Source: a virus. From it: DNA of 33,753 nt. Of the stretch, positions 8,497-15,813 are shown in pieces. Each line of letters opens with the position of its first letter. Position 1 is the first letter of the stretch. The position numbers and the translations under genes were made by a program. The stretch lies in the UHGV virus genome UHGV-0114643; one strand, given 5' to 3'. The notes below the pieces were generated by a model. It had not been told where the DNA came from. It saw only the letters and a list, made by a program, of their open reading frames with translations, and ran no database searches.

Positions 8497-8887
8497 AATA
8501 ACCTCTCTCAGCTTTCTCAATTTTATTCAGAAGTTTGATACACTCATTGTTATGGTATGTAGCCTCACTCTGGTGTAACTTCTTCTTCTGCTCAAGTAGA
8601 AATTTATAGTAACCTGATAACTGCCCTCTTGTCAAGGGGTGCTCTGAAATAATATCAAGAGAACTTTCACCTAAAGGTGAGAACATACCATTGTCATCCA
8701 CGTTGTACAGTTCACCAGCAAAGAAACCTTTGTTAGCCATTGTGATAGGTGAACGTTCAATGACCTCAACAACAAACTTTGTGAACACCTTATCGCCCAT
8801 CGTAATCAACTTGGTTCCTGCAATACGAACCTTCATACCACTTCTTGTGTACTTGAAAGTACCATTATCATTTGCCCAAAGCTTCAT
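8489..8887 (-). CDS. hypothetical protein (~132 aa); start moved to ATG (MKLWAND) with GGAGA upstream
   Basis: Track start has no RBS and abuts the terminator T-run. Confidence 0.5.
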   Translation of the reverse strand: MKLWANDNGTFKYTRSGMKVRIAGTKLITMGDKVFTKFVVEVIERSPITMANKGFFAGELYNVDDNGMFSPLGESSLDIISEHPLTRGQLSGYYKFLLEQKKKLHQSEATYHNNECIKLLNKIEKAERGYYE

Positions 8888-8903
8888 AGTTTTCTCCATA
8901 GAA

Positions 8904-8929
8904 ATAAAAAAGGCTCCCGAAGGAGCCTC
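8904..8929 (-). terminator. intrinsic terminator on - strand (AGGCTCC-CGAA-GGAGCCT, then 7 U), downstream of the lysozyme gene
   Basis: Perfect 7-bp inverted repeat with 4-nt loop and A-run on + strand. Confidence 0.7.
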
Positions 8930-8937
8930 TTAATCTA

Positions 8938-9402
8938 CTATTTTGGATAAACAGCGTCAAGGTAAATCTTGGCTTCCAAACTACGTCTATTTTGTAGACC
9001 CTTGGAAGTTACTTTTTGACCATTCACTGTAATCTTGTTCCACCACTGCATAGCTTCTGCACAACCAGCTTTGTTACCAGCATTGTGACGCTTGATAAAA
9101 GTTGAATCCTGCATAGCACCGATACCAATGTTGTAAGTCTCTACAACAAGTGCGTCAAATTCGTTCTGCGTAGTCGGAACCTTAATTGCGCTGTTTACTG
9201 CACCTACATAACTTTCAACATCTGCAAGGAGATATTGAACAGCTTGTTCAGCAGTAATCTTCATCCCCATTGTTACAGGTCTTCCGTTGATACGGATTGT
9301 TCCATAACCAATTGTAGGGATTCCAGCAGAGTCTTTATAGGCTTCTAAGCGAAGCCCTTCAAAGAACTTAATGGCTTCTAAGCCTTTACTTGAGAGTTGC
9401 AT
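8938..9402 (-). CDS. GH24 (T4-type) lysozyme, ~154 aa; start moved from the track TTG (9408) to ATG 9402
   Basis: Translation contains FEGLRLEAYKDSAGIPTIGYG, matching the T4 lysozyme catalytic Glu/Asp/Thr region; AGGAGG 6 nt upstream of ATG. Confidence 0.8.
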   Translation of the reverse strand: MQLSSKGLEAIKFFEGLRLEAYKDSAGIPTIGYGTIRINGRPVTMGMKITAEQAVQYLLADVESYVGAVNSAIKVPTTQNEFDALVVETYNIGIGAMQDSTFIKRHNAGNKAGCAEAMQWWNKITVNGQKVTSKGLQNRRSLEAKIYLDAVYPK

Positions 9403-9404
9403 TA

Positions 9405-10289
9405 TCAACCTCCTACTGCGTTAATAACCACCTTGGCAGATTGGGATGTGATTGAGCCACCTACACCAGTTACAACACAAGAGTAAGTACCTTCATCATC
9501 AGCTTTAGAAGTCGGTGTCTTTTCATATGTTGCAGATGTTGCTGAAGGGATATCTACATCATCTTTCTTCCACTGATAACCAGTTGCACCAGTGGCTACG
9601 ATGCCAAGGGTGAGTGTATCTCCCTCTGTAATCTCTTGGTTAGTAGGTTGCTGTGTAATCACAGGCAGTGCATTCACAGTTACTGTGGCAGCGTTGGAAT
9701 TAACACTTGAGCCACCTTCACCAGAAACTACACAGGTGTATGCGCCAGCATCAGTAGGGACTACGCCATTCTTAGTATATGTTGCAGAGGTTGCTCCAGA
9801 GATGTTTGATGCACCTTTCTTCCACTGATAACCAGTTGCACCAGTAGCAACAACTGAAAGTGTAAGTGTTCCACCCTCGTTAACAGTTTGGTCAGTTGGC
9901 TGCTGTGTAATAACTGGAGGTGTGATTGCATCCTTCAACTTTGCATTAAGCATGGAGAAAGGTTTAACCCTTGCCAACCATTCACAATAAACTGTGTCAA
10001 CATCCTTCCCATTGATGATTGCATACTGCAAGTCCATGAAGAAGTCAGCAGTCCTCATCTGAGCACCAACTGAATATAAAAGTTCTTCACTAAATGGAAC
10101 TGTGTAGTCTGGTGTGTAATTGAAGTCAGTAACTTCTGGAATATCAGACTCAGGCCACGGTGAGCTATATGTCAGAGGCAGAACGGCCTCTTGATACTTT
10201 CTGAAGTCGTATCTTTTGCCAGCTTTAACATTCGCTACAAAGTCTTTAACGAACTCTTTAAAATCTGGATATGTCTTTGCTTTAATCAT
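9405..10289 (-). CDS. protein with N-terminal domain paralogous to the next gene plus two tandem Ig-like repeats (~85 aa each, TGATGYQWKK ... SATSATY ... CVV.G.GGS)
   Basis: Internal protein repeat and ~248-bp DNA direct repeat read from sequence; ATGA overlap with upstream gene. Confidence 0.6.
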   Translation of the reverse strand: MIKAKTYPDFKEFVKDFVANVKAGKRYDFRKYQEAVLPLTYSSPWPESDIPEVTDFNYTPDYTVPFSEELLYSVGAQMRTADFFMDLQYAIINGKDVDTVYCEWLARVKPFSMLNAKLKDAITPPVITQQPTDQTVNEGGTLTLSVVATGATGYQWKKGASNISGATSATYTKNGVVPTDAGAYTCVVSGEGGSSVNSNAATVTVNALPVITQQPTNQEITEGDTLTLGIVATGATGYQWKKDDVDIPSATSATYEKTPTSKADDEGTYSCVVTGVGGSITSQSAKVVINAVGG

Positions 10290-10654
10290 TTCTTAGCCTC
10301 TAATCTTGCATTTAGTCTAAAATAACCTTTGTGCTGCGGTGAAACATCACCTACAACAACTCCGTCAATCTTATAGCCTTTACCCATCACATATTGAATA
10401 TCCATCAAAAATGTACCAAGACCAACGATATGAAACATTGGGTAAAGAAGTTCTTCAGTATCTGGTAGAGGAATTTTAGGTGTGTATTCGGAATATGTTT
10501 CGGTAGGGTTGATATCCTTCTCAGGCCATTTGCTATCACGCCATGTTAAGGGTGTCGGAAGTACATCATCAAGATTATACCTGTCACCTTCTTGAACACT
10601 TTGGACATAAGATTGTAGGAAGCAATAAAAGTCTTTTCCACTCTTTGCCTTCAT
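10286..10654 (-). CDS. hypothetical protein, 122 aa, paralogue of the N-terminal domain of 9405..10289
   Basis: Shared motifs (MKAK, EELLY, MDIQY, LNA.L); ATG with AAGGA upstream. Confidence 0.55.
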   Translation of the reverse strand: MKAKSGKDFYCFLQSYVQSVQEGDRYNLDDVLPTPLTWRDSKWPEKDINPTETYSEYTPKIPLPDTEELLYPMFHIVGLGTFLMDIQYVMGKGYKIDGVVVGDVSPQHKGYFRLNARLEAKK

Positions 10655-10670
10655 TATCTATCCTTAACAA

Positions 10671-10690
10671 ATAAAAGGGGCTTTCGCCCC
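10671..10690 (-). terminator. intrinsic terminator on - strand (GGGGC-TTTC-GCCCC flanked by A-run on + strand)
   Basis: Perfect inverted repeat, U-run on - strand, between two - strand genes. Confidence 0.6.
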
Positions 10691-10697
10691 ATAAAAC

Positions 10698-11288
10698 TTA
10701 AGCCATAGTCTTAAGCATGTTTTTAAGTTTTTTGAGATTCATTGTCTCATCCAACTTAAATCCAAATCCATTGACGTACTCAATGAAATCAGATTTCTTA
10801 CTCAGAGATAACGCATAGTTCATGTCGAAGTCATTACTTGGAGTGGACTCTGGAGAGGTGTTCACATCGAAAGAAATCTCTGTGGAAGTCTCTTCAGACT
10901 CTCTGAGGTTATCAATCACAACACATGTGTAGTTTGCTGGAGAGAATGATGTTGAACCAGCTACATAACTGTATTTAGCGTTGTGGATAAGATTTGAGAA
11001 TACTTTGAAGAATGTTTCTGAATCATGACATACCAGTTTAAATTCACTATTAGCACCTAGAGCCATGAGTGAATATGGGCTTTCACCATTAATATTATAA
11101 TCTGGGTTCATTGCCTGAACAGTAACACGCATCAAGTTATTTGCAATTGTTTTCTGTTTAAATGAATCAGGCACGTAGTGCATACCTCTTTCACATTGAT
11201 TAACCAACTCTTTAAGAAGGTCATCAGAATATGGTGAAGTGATTGATACAGACCCGTCACCATTATAATTAAAACTCACGTTTAACAT
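10698..11288 (-). CDS. hypothetical protein, 196 aa
   Basis: ORF in track; ATG with AGGAGA 8 nt upstream. Confidence 0.55.
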   Translation of the reverse strand: MLNVSFNYNGDGSVSITSPYSDDLLKELVNQCERGMHYVPDSFKQKTIANNLMRVTVQAMNPDYNINGESPYSLMALGANSEFKLVCHDSETFFKVFSNLIHNAKYSYVAGSTSFSPANYTCVVIDNLRESEETSTEISFDVNTSPESTPSNDFDMNYALSLSKKSDFIEYVNGFGFKLDETMNLKKLKNMLKTMA

Positions 11289-11515
11289 TTATCAGTTCTC
11301 CTACGATTGATAATCTTGCTGCAATAGAGAAATGAAGCAAATTCACTGGAAGAAACCATTAGAATCTGTTCACTAGATTGAGCTATTGCTCTGAAATACA
11401 TACCAGTTAGTGCATCATAGTGCTTATTCTTTCCAATTGAAGTGATATACCCATGACTCTTTGCAGTTTGGTATAAATCAATAATATCTGTGATTTCTAG
11501 TTGGGAGCTACACAT
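11282..11515 (-). CDS. hypothetical protein, 77 aa; first gene of the - strand operon
   Basis: ORF in track; ATG with AGAGGA 8 nt upstream. Confidence 0.5.
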   Translation of the reverse strand: MCSSQLEITDIIDLYQTAKSHGYITSIGKNKHYDALTGMYFRAIAQSSEQILMVSSSEFASFLYCSKIINRRRTDKC

Positions 11516-11838
11516 AAATAATCCTCTTGTCGTCTATAATTTTGAAAGTATAGGTACAAACCAATTTCAGAGGATTTGTAATAGAGTAATTCTACCCGCT
11601 TTGATTCCTTACAGTGATTGGTATTATTACCTGTCTTCAATTTTGAATTGTTTCTCATTAAGTCTCCTTTGTAGATAAAGGCAGACCTACAGCTTTAGTA
11701 AGATGGTACAGTAATCCATACAACAAGTCAAGAAGTATTGCAACTAAAAAATTTACTTGACATTCCTCTTGACAACGTGTAGCCTAATAAATACTTAGAA
11801 GATTACTTAAAAGACTCTTCTAAAAAGGCTATTTAAAC

Positions 11839-11858
11839 AGATATCTTTCTGGATATCT
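11839..11858. promoter_or_regulatory. operator-like palindrome AGATATC-N6-GATATCT in the divergent control region
   Basis: Perfect 7-bp inverted repeat ~50 bp upstream of ATG 11906, within the 390-bp gap between divergent operons. Confidence 0.35.
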
Positions 11859-11905
11859 ATCTCTTATCTTAAAAGCCTTTTAAGAGGTCTTAAAAGAGGT
11901 GAAGA

Positions 11906-12277
11906 ATGACGAAACGAACAAACAAAGGCCAATTCAAGAAAGGTCAATCTGGTAACCCATCAGGTAGACCCAAAGGCTCACGTAACAAGAGTTCACTGGT
12001 CAAGGCACAGTTGACTATTGATAACTCAGCAGAGTATGCTGCAAAGCTGTTTGAGGCCATTGTCACACGTAATGCTGACAAGCTTGCAGAGTTCGGATTA
12101 AAGGCTGAAGATGTAAACTTAAAGTCCATGATGGAAGCTGGTAAAACCATCATGACTCACTCAGCAGGTGAGATGAAAGCAATTGCAGCAGATAGTAAGA
12201 AACCTTCTGAAAATGGAGGTCAGGGAGCACAGGAGAACAAACCAACGTTCTCTGCTGTAGCAACTCTGAAAAAATAA
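11906..12277 (+). CDS. hypothetical basic protein, 123 aa, with N-terminal KGQSGNPSGRPKGSRNK motif
   Basis: ORF in track; ATG with AGAGGTG upstream. Confidence 0.55.
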   Translation: MTKRTNKGQFKKGQSGNPSGRPKGSRNKSSLVKAQLTIDNSAEYAAKLFEAIVTRNADKLAEFGLKAEDVNLKSMMEAGKTIMTHSAGEMKAIAADSKKPSENGGQGAQENKPTFSAVATLKK

Positions 12278-12287
12278 TAAAAAGGTG

Positions 12288-12316
12288 TTGACAGGTTCTA
12301 AATCAAACGTTAGAGT
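12288..12316 (+). promoter_or_regulatory. sigma70-like promoter (TTGACA-N17-TAGAGT)
   Basis: Exact -35 hexamer, 17-nt spacer, 4/6 match at -10; 40 nt upstream of ATG 12356. Confidence 0.45.
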
Positions 12317-12355
12317 CTGTCTCACCAAAACATTCTAACGAGAGAGAGAATTAAT

Positions 12356-13771
12356 ATGAGCGAATTATTTAAACACTCGCATCTACATGCAGGTTTAACT
12401 GAAAACGGTGCTGTTAACCACACATCTTCAATGTCTGCACTGGTAGATTTCTACAAAGCTGCTGGTTCAAGCAGAACAAATGTAGAAGTTCTTCCAAACT
12501 TGTTTTACAAGGCAATGCGAGAAGATATTGATGTAGCAGTTCGAATCCTGTTACATATGCGAGATGCACGAGAAGGTATGGGTGAGCGTAAAGCGTTCCG
12601 TTATACTCTTACTAAAGCAATCTCTGACGGGATTCTTGATGAGTTTCAAGTATTACGTATCATGGACAAGATTTCTGATTTAGGTCGTTATGACGACTTT
12701 AAAATCTTTGTTGGTACACGTTACGAAACAGATGCTTTCAAGCATTTAGAATCGGCACTGTTAGACCCTGCAACATCGGCTCTGGCAGCAAAATGGTTAC
12801 CACGAGTAAAATCACGACACATGCGTTTTGTTCGTCGTTTCTGTAAGTTTGCAAATCTTTCAGAGAAGCAGTATCGAGTTCTTCTGTCAGCACTGTCTGA
12901 TACTGTTGAACAAAAGATTTCAGCAAACGAGTTTGGAGAGATTGATTACAGCAAGCTTCCTTCACTGGCTGCTGCACGTTATCAAAAACTCTTCAGTCGT
13001 AAAGATGGTGAGCGTTATGCAGCATACGTTACAGCACTGACTAAAGGTGAGACAAAGATTAATGCTGGTGCAGTCTACCCTTATGACATTACAAAGTCAG
13101 TCGGTTACGGTAATGCAACCGTTGCAAATGAGCAGTGGAAAGCTTTACCAAACTGGATGAAAGAGGGTGAAAACATTCTGTGCATGGCAGATGTATCTTC
13201 ATCTATGACTTGGGAGCGACATGGTTCTGTTACAGCGCTAGATATTGGTGTATCTTTAGCCCTGTACGTTTCAGAACGTAATACAGGTTGCTTTAAAGAT
13301 GAATTGATGGTTTACTCTAGCCGACCTCACTTCATCACATTGAGTGGTGATTTGCAGACTCGCTTACGACAAGTAAAGAGTCATGTAGAATATGGTTCAA
13401 CTGACCTACAAGCTGCTTTTGCAAGAATCCTTGAGATTGGTGTTAAAAACAACTTGACTCAGAAAGAGATGCCTAGTAAGCTTATCATCTTCTCTGATAT
13501 GCAGTTCAATCAGGTTGATGGAGCAGATGGTCGTACTAACTTTGAAGCAATTCAAGAAAAGTACAAGAAAGCTGGATATGAGATGCCACAACTGGTATTC
13601 TGGTACTTAGCAAACCGTAATGGTACTTGCGAAGTGTCTGTAAAGGATAACGGTGTAGCAATGGTATCTGGTTTCTCTCCAGCCACTTTAAAAGCTTTGC
13701 TTGGTGGTGAGAAGTTTGACCCTATCAGCGTAATGCTCAAAGCAGTAATGATTGAACGCTACGATTGGTAA
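12356..13771 (+). CDS. vWA-domain protein, 471 aa (helical N-terminal region + C-terminal von Willebrand A domain); possibly Ro60/TROVE-like or DUF2828-like
   Basis: MIDAS-like D-x-S-x-S in LCMADVSSSMTWE and beta-strand-like LIIFSDMQF seen in translation; fold family is inferred, not searched. Confidence 0.6.
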   Translation: MSELFKHSHLHAGLTENGAVNHTSSMSALVDFYKAAGSSRTNVEVLPNLFYKAMREDIDVAVRILLHMRDAREGMGERKAFRYTLTKAISDGILDEFQVLRIMDKISDLGRYDDFKIFVGTRYETDAFKHLESALLDPATSALAAKWLPRVKSRHMRFVRRFCKFANLSEKQYRVLLSALSDTVEQKISANEFGEIDYSKLPSLAAARYQKLFSRKDGERYAAYVTALTKGETKINAGAVYPYDITKSVGYGNATVANEQWKALPNWMKEGENILCMADVSSSMTWERHGSVTALDIGVSLALYVSERNTGCFKDELMVYSSRPHFITLSGDLQTRLRQVKSHVEYGSTDLQAAFARILEIGVKNNLTQKEMPSKLIIFSDMQFNQVDGADGRTNFEAIQEKYKKAGYEMPQLVFWYLANRNGTCEVSVKDNGVAMVSGFSPATLKALLGGEKFDPISVMLKAVMIERYDW

Positions 13772-13789
13772 AAAGTTTTAAAAAGGGTA

Positions 13790-13818
13790 TTGACAAAGTG
13801 TTTAATACCCTTTAATAT
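13790..13818 (+). promoter_or_regulatory. sigma70-like promoter (TTGACA-N17-TAATAT), overlapped by a 9-bp inverted repeat (AAGGGTATT / AATACCCTT)
   Basis: Consensus hexamers with canonical spacing, read directly. Confidence 0.5.
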
Positions 13819-13879
13819 GTTCTACATAGAAACGAAAAAGAAGTTTTCTGAAATAAATCAAATTATTTTAAAAAACCTC

Positions 13880-13909
13880 TTGACAGACACTAAAAAATAG
13901 TGTTATAGT
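13880..13909 (+). promoter_or_regulatory. sigma70-like promoter (TTGACA-N18-TATAGT) about 30 nt upstream of the first tRNA
   Basis: Consensus hexamers read directly. Confidence 0.5.
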
Positions 13910-13936
13910 TGTTACATAGGTTGTTAAAAAGATTAT

Positions 13937-14016
13937 CTCCGTTTAGCTCAGTTTGGTTTAGCAGCACTTGCTTTGGGAGCAAGGGGTCGAGGGTTCAAAT
14001 CCTTCAACGGAGACCA
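13937..14016 (+). tRNA. tRNA-Pro (anticodon TGG), CCA encoded
   Basis: 7-bp acceptor stem CTCCGTT/AACGGAG, T-arm GAGGG-TTCAAAT-CCTTC, anticodon loop TTTGGGA. Confidence 0.8.
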
Positions 14017-14022
14017 AATTAT

Positions 14023-14100
14023 ATTCCCGTAGACAAATTAGGTAAAGTCAACACCCTTTCAAGGTGTGGTTTGAGGGTTCAAGTCCCTTCGGGAATGCCA
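14023..14100 (+). tRNA. tRNA-Glu (anticodon TTC), CCA encoded
   Basis: Perfect acceptor stem ATTCCCG/CGGGAAT, T-arm, anticodon loop CTTTCAA. Confidence 0.85.
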
Positions 14101-14107
14101 GTTTTGA

Positions 14108-14177
14108 CAGAAGACCAATTACAGCAAACAAACTTTTCAATTTCGCGCATAGAAATCCAAAAAAGATTTGGTCTGGT
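14108..14177 (+). repeat. inter-tRNA element a (CAGAAGACC ... GGTCTGGT family); candidate small structured RNA
   Basis: Shares 5' (CAGAAGACC-N-ACAGCAA) and 3' (GGTCTGGT) ends with three other spacers; terminal 5-bp helix AGACC/GGTCT. Confidence 0.6.
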
Positions 14178-14187
14178 CATTAAGAAT

Positions 14188-14264
14188 TGCGGGTATAGAG
14201 AAAGGGTGTCTCACATGTCTCATTAGCATGTTATCGGTAGGTTCGACTCCTACACCCGCCTCCA
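14188..14264 (+). tRNA. tRNA with CAT anticodon (Met, fMet or Ile2), atypical (U1:C72 mismatch, U at position 37)
   Basis: Acceptor TGCGGGT/ACCCGCC, T-arm GTAGG-TTCGACT-CCTAC, anticodon arm CATGT-CTCATTA-GCATG, CCA encoded. Confidence 0.55.
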
Positions 14265-14270
14265 AATTTA

Positions 14271-14336
14271 CAGAAGACCGTTTACAGCAAACACTTAAAA
14301 TTTTTTATAGGAAAAAATGAAAAGATACGGTCTGGT
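14271..14336 (+). repeat. inter-tRNA element b (CAGAAGACC ... GGTCTGGT family)
   Basis: Direct repeat of the element termini. Confidence 0.6.
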
Positions 14337-14347
14337 AATACTAATAT

Positions 14348-14424
14348 GGTTAGGAAGCACATAAGGCATGTGCGGTCGGCTGTTAACCGAATGGTACAGG
14401 GTTCGAATCCCTGACTAACCGCCA
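14348..14424 (+). tRNA. tRNA-Asn (anticodon GTT)
   Basis: Acceptor GGTTAGG/ACTAACC, D-stem GCAC/GTGC, anticodon loop CTGTTAA, T-arm CAGGG-TTCGAAT-CCCTG, CCA encoded. Confidence 0.8.
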
Positions 14425-14493
14425 AGATTTGGGAGAGAAGTGATTGCTCACCGATTTGTAAGGTGCAAGTCCTTAGCCTGAATAGAATAAAAT

Positions 14494-14581
14494 GCGTCGT
14501 TATCCCGTAGATGGAAGCGGTGGTGACTGTAAATCACTTGTCATTATGACTCGGTAGGTTCGACTCCTTCACGGCGCACCA
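14494..14581 (+). tRNA. tRNA-Tyr (anticodon GTA), long variable arm
   Basis: Acceptor GCGTCGT/ACGGCGC, anticodon arm GGTGA-CTGTAAA-TCACT, variable-arm hairpin, T-arm, CCA encoded. Confidence 0.8.
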
Positions 14582-14587
14582 AATAAA

Positions 14588-14664
14588 GGTTATGTAGTTT
14601 AACTGGTCAAAATACCTCCCTGTCACGGAGGATGATGAGGGTTCGAATCCCTTCGTAACCGCCA
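14588..14664 (+). tRNA. tRNA-Asp (anticodon GTC)
   Basis: Acceptor GGTTATG/CGTAACC, D-stem GTTT/AAAT, anticodon arm CCTCC-CTGTCAC-GGAGG, T-arm GAGGG-TTCGAAT-CCCTT, CCA encoded. Confidence 0.85.
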
Positions 14665-14725
14665 AATTTGAGAGGGCTTGTTAGCCCCTCCCTTAAAGAG
14701 TTCTTACGAGTATTCTTTAAAGGAG

Positions 14726-14800
14726 CAGAAGACCAAATACAGCAAGCAATTTTAATATTTCAAGCCAATTTAATTTGAAAAATTTAAAACTTGGTCTGGT
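14726..14800 (+). repeat. inter-tRNA element c (CAGAAGACC ... GGTCTGGT family)
   Basis: Direct repeat of the element termini. Confidence 0.6.
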
Positions 14801-14813
14801 TCCAACAATTTTA

Positions 14814-14940
14814 CAGAAGACCGTTTACAGCAAACAATAAACAATCTATTTCTCTGGTAAAGAAAAGGCGAAGGTTCGATTCCTTCACACGTTACGGCGT
14901 GTTGGTGTAATGGAAGCACTTAAGATAAATACGGTCTGGT
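14814..14940 (+). repeat. inter-tRNA element d (127 nt) with internal T-arm mimic (GAAGG-TTCGATT-CCTTC) and D-arm-like hairpin; candidate Y-RNA-like ncRNA
   Basis: Same termini as a-c; tRNA-like motifs present but no acceptor stem pairing, so not a tRNA. Confidence 0.5.
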
Positions 14941-15089
14941 AATCCTCTTTGCAGTGACTTATGGAGCTAATATGTCGTCCCATGAGTGCCGATGAGTTTC
15001 TTGAGCATGATTCTAGATTAGCTTACTAAGAGACAACTCTACAAACCCTTTAGCAAGGTTTGCGTAGGTTACTGCAAAGATGATTTAAT

Positions 15090-15165
15090 GGAAGTGTAGC
15101 AGAATGGTGATGCGGCAGACTTTTAATCTGACAGGCGACGGGTTCGAATCCCTCCACTTCTACCA
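15090..15165 (+). tRNA. tRNA-Lys (anticodon TTT)
   Basis: Acceptor GGAAGTG/CACTTCT, anticodon loop CTTTTAA, T-loop GGGTTCGAATCCC, CCA encoded. Confidence 0.8.
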
Positions 15166-15246
15166 AATTCGCCCCTTAACTGAAGAACACATGCGCGGCT
15201 GGAAACACCCACTCAATCAGTTCTCTACAAAGGGGCAACTTATAAT

Positions 15247-15323
15247 GGTTCAGTCGCAGATAAGGTAATGCAAGGGTTTCATAAGCCCTATGAATGTGGG
15301 TTCGATTCCCACCTGAACCTCCA
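15247..15323 (+). tRNA. tRNA-Met (anticodon CAT; could be initiator or Ile2)
   Basis: Perfect acceptor GGTTCAG/CTGAACC, anticodon arm AGGGT-TTCATAA-GCCCT, T-arm GTGGG-TTCGATT-CCCAC, CCA encoded. Confidence 0.8.
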
Positions 15324-15325
15324 AT

Positions 15326-15400
15326 TGTGGGTTAGCATAAATGGTAATGCAAACGGCTGATAACCGTTAGAAGAGGGTTCGATACCCTCACCTACAACCA
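15326..15400 (+). tRNA. tRNA-Ile (anticodon GAT)
   Basis: Acceptor TGTGGGT/ACCTACA, D-stem GCAT/ATGC, anticodon arm AACGG-CTGATAA-CCGTT, T-arm GAGGG-TTCGATA-CCCTC, CCA encoded. Confidence 0.85.
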
Positions 15401-15414
15401 ATTTCATAAAGTTG

Positions 15415-15443
15415 TTGACATTCAGATGTGACCACTTTAAGAT
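15415..15443 (+). promoter_or_regulatory. internal promoter-like element (TTGACA-N17-TAAGAT) inside the tRNA array
   Basis: Exact -35, 17-nt spacer, 4/6 at -10. Confidence 0.35.
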
Positions 15444-15676
15444 AACCTTAGTTTTCGTTAGCGTAGCGTCTATTTTAAAAACTTAAAAATAAATGCAAAC
15501 GATAATGTTTTTCTGGCAGTAGCTTAATAGGCTAAACACCAGCAGGGTATTCCAACTCCCTGTTAAAGAATTTGGCGTACTAGCCCACGGTATGATTAAT
15601 AAAGTGGGCAATATTCTAAAGAGCATCCCTTAAGGGGCTTGGCTTAAATGCAATGAGTGCTCTTTAAAATATTAAT

Positions 15677-15752
15677 GCTCCGTTAGTCTAAAGGATAGGC
15701 AACTGTCTTCTAAACAGTTCATATATAGGTTCGAGTCCTATACGGAGTGCCA
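15677..15752 (+). tRNA. tRNA-Arg (anticodon TCT)
   Basis: Acceptor GCTCCGT/ACGGAGT, D-stem GTCT/AGGC, anticodon arm ACTGT-CTTCTAA-ACAGT, T-arm ATAGG-TTCGAGT-CCTAT, CCA encoded. Confidence 0.85.
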
Positions 15753-15813
15753 ATTCTAATGGTCAAGACAACACGAGTAAGTTATCTTAGATACGCGTTA
15801 AGAGATAAACGAA

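Noticed and set aside
13909-14226. Track ORFs overlapping tRNA genes (13909..14226, 16270..16554, 16758..16940, 16801..17112, 17846..18076, 18932..19189)
   Set aside because: Each spans one or more cloverleaf tRNAs or spacers, lacks an RBS, and several need non-ATG starts; they are read-through of non-coding sequence.
14425-14493. Possible extra tRNA between tRNA-Asn and tRNA-Tyr (T-loop-like GGTGCAAGTCC)
   Set aside because: No complementary acceptor strands, no CCA, and T54 is replaced by G; it may still be a small structured RNA.
14986-14998. Hammerhead-ribozyme-like CUGAUGA core near CCGATGAGTTTC
   Set aside because: Sequence is CCGAUGA, not CUGAUGA, and no matching GAAA/stem III arrangement was found.
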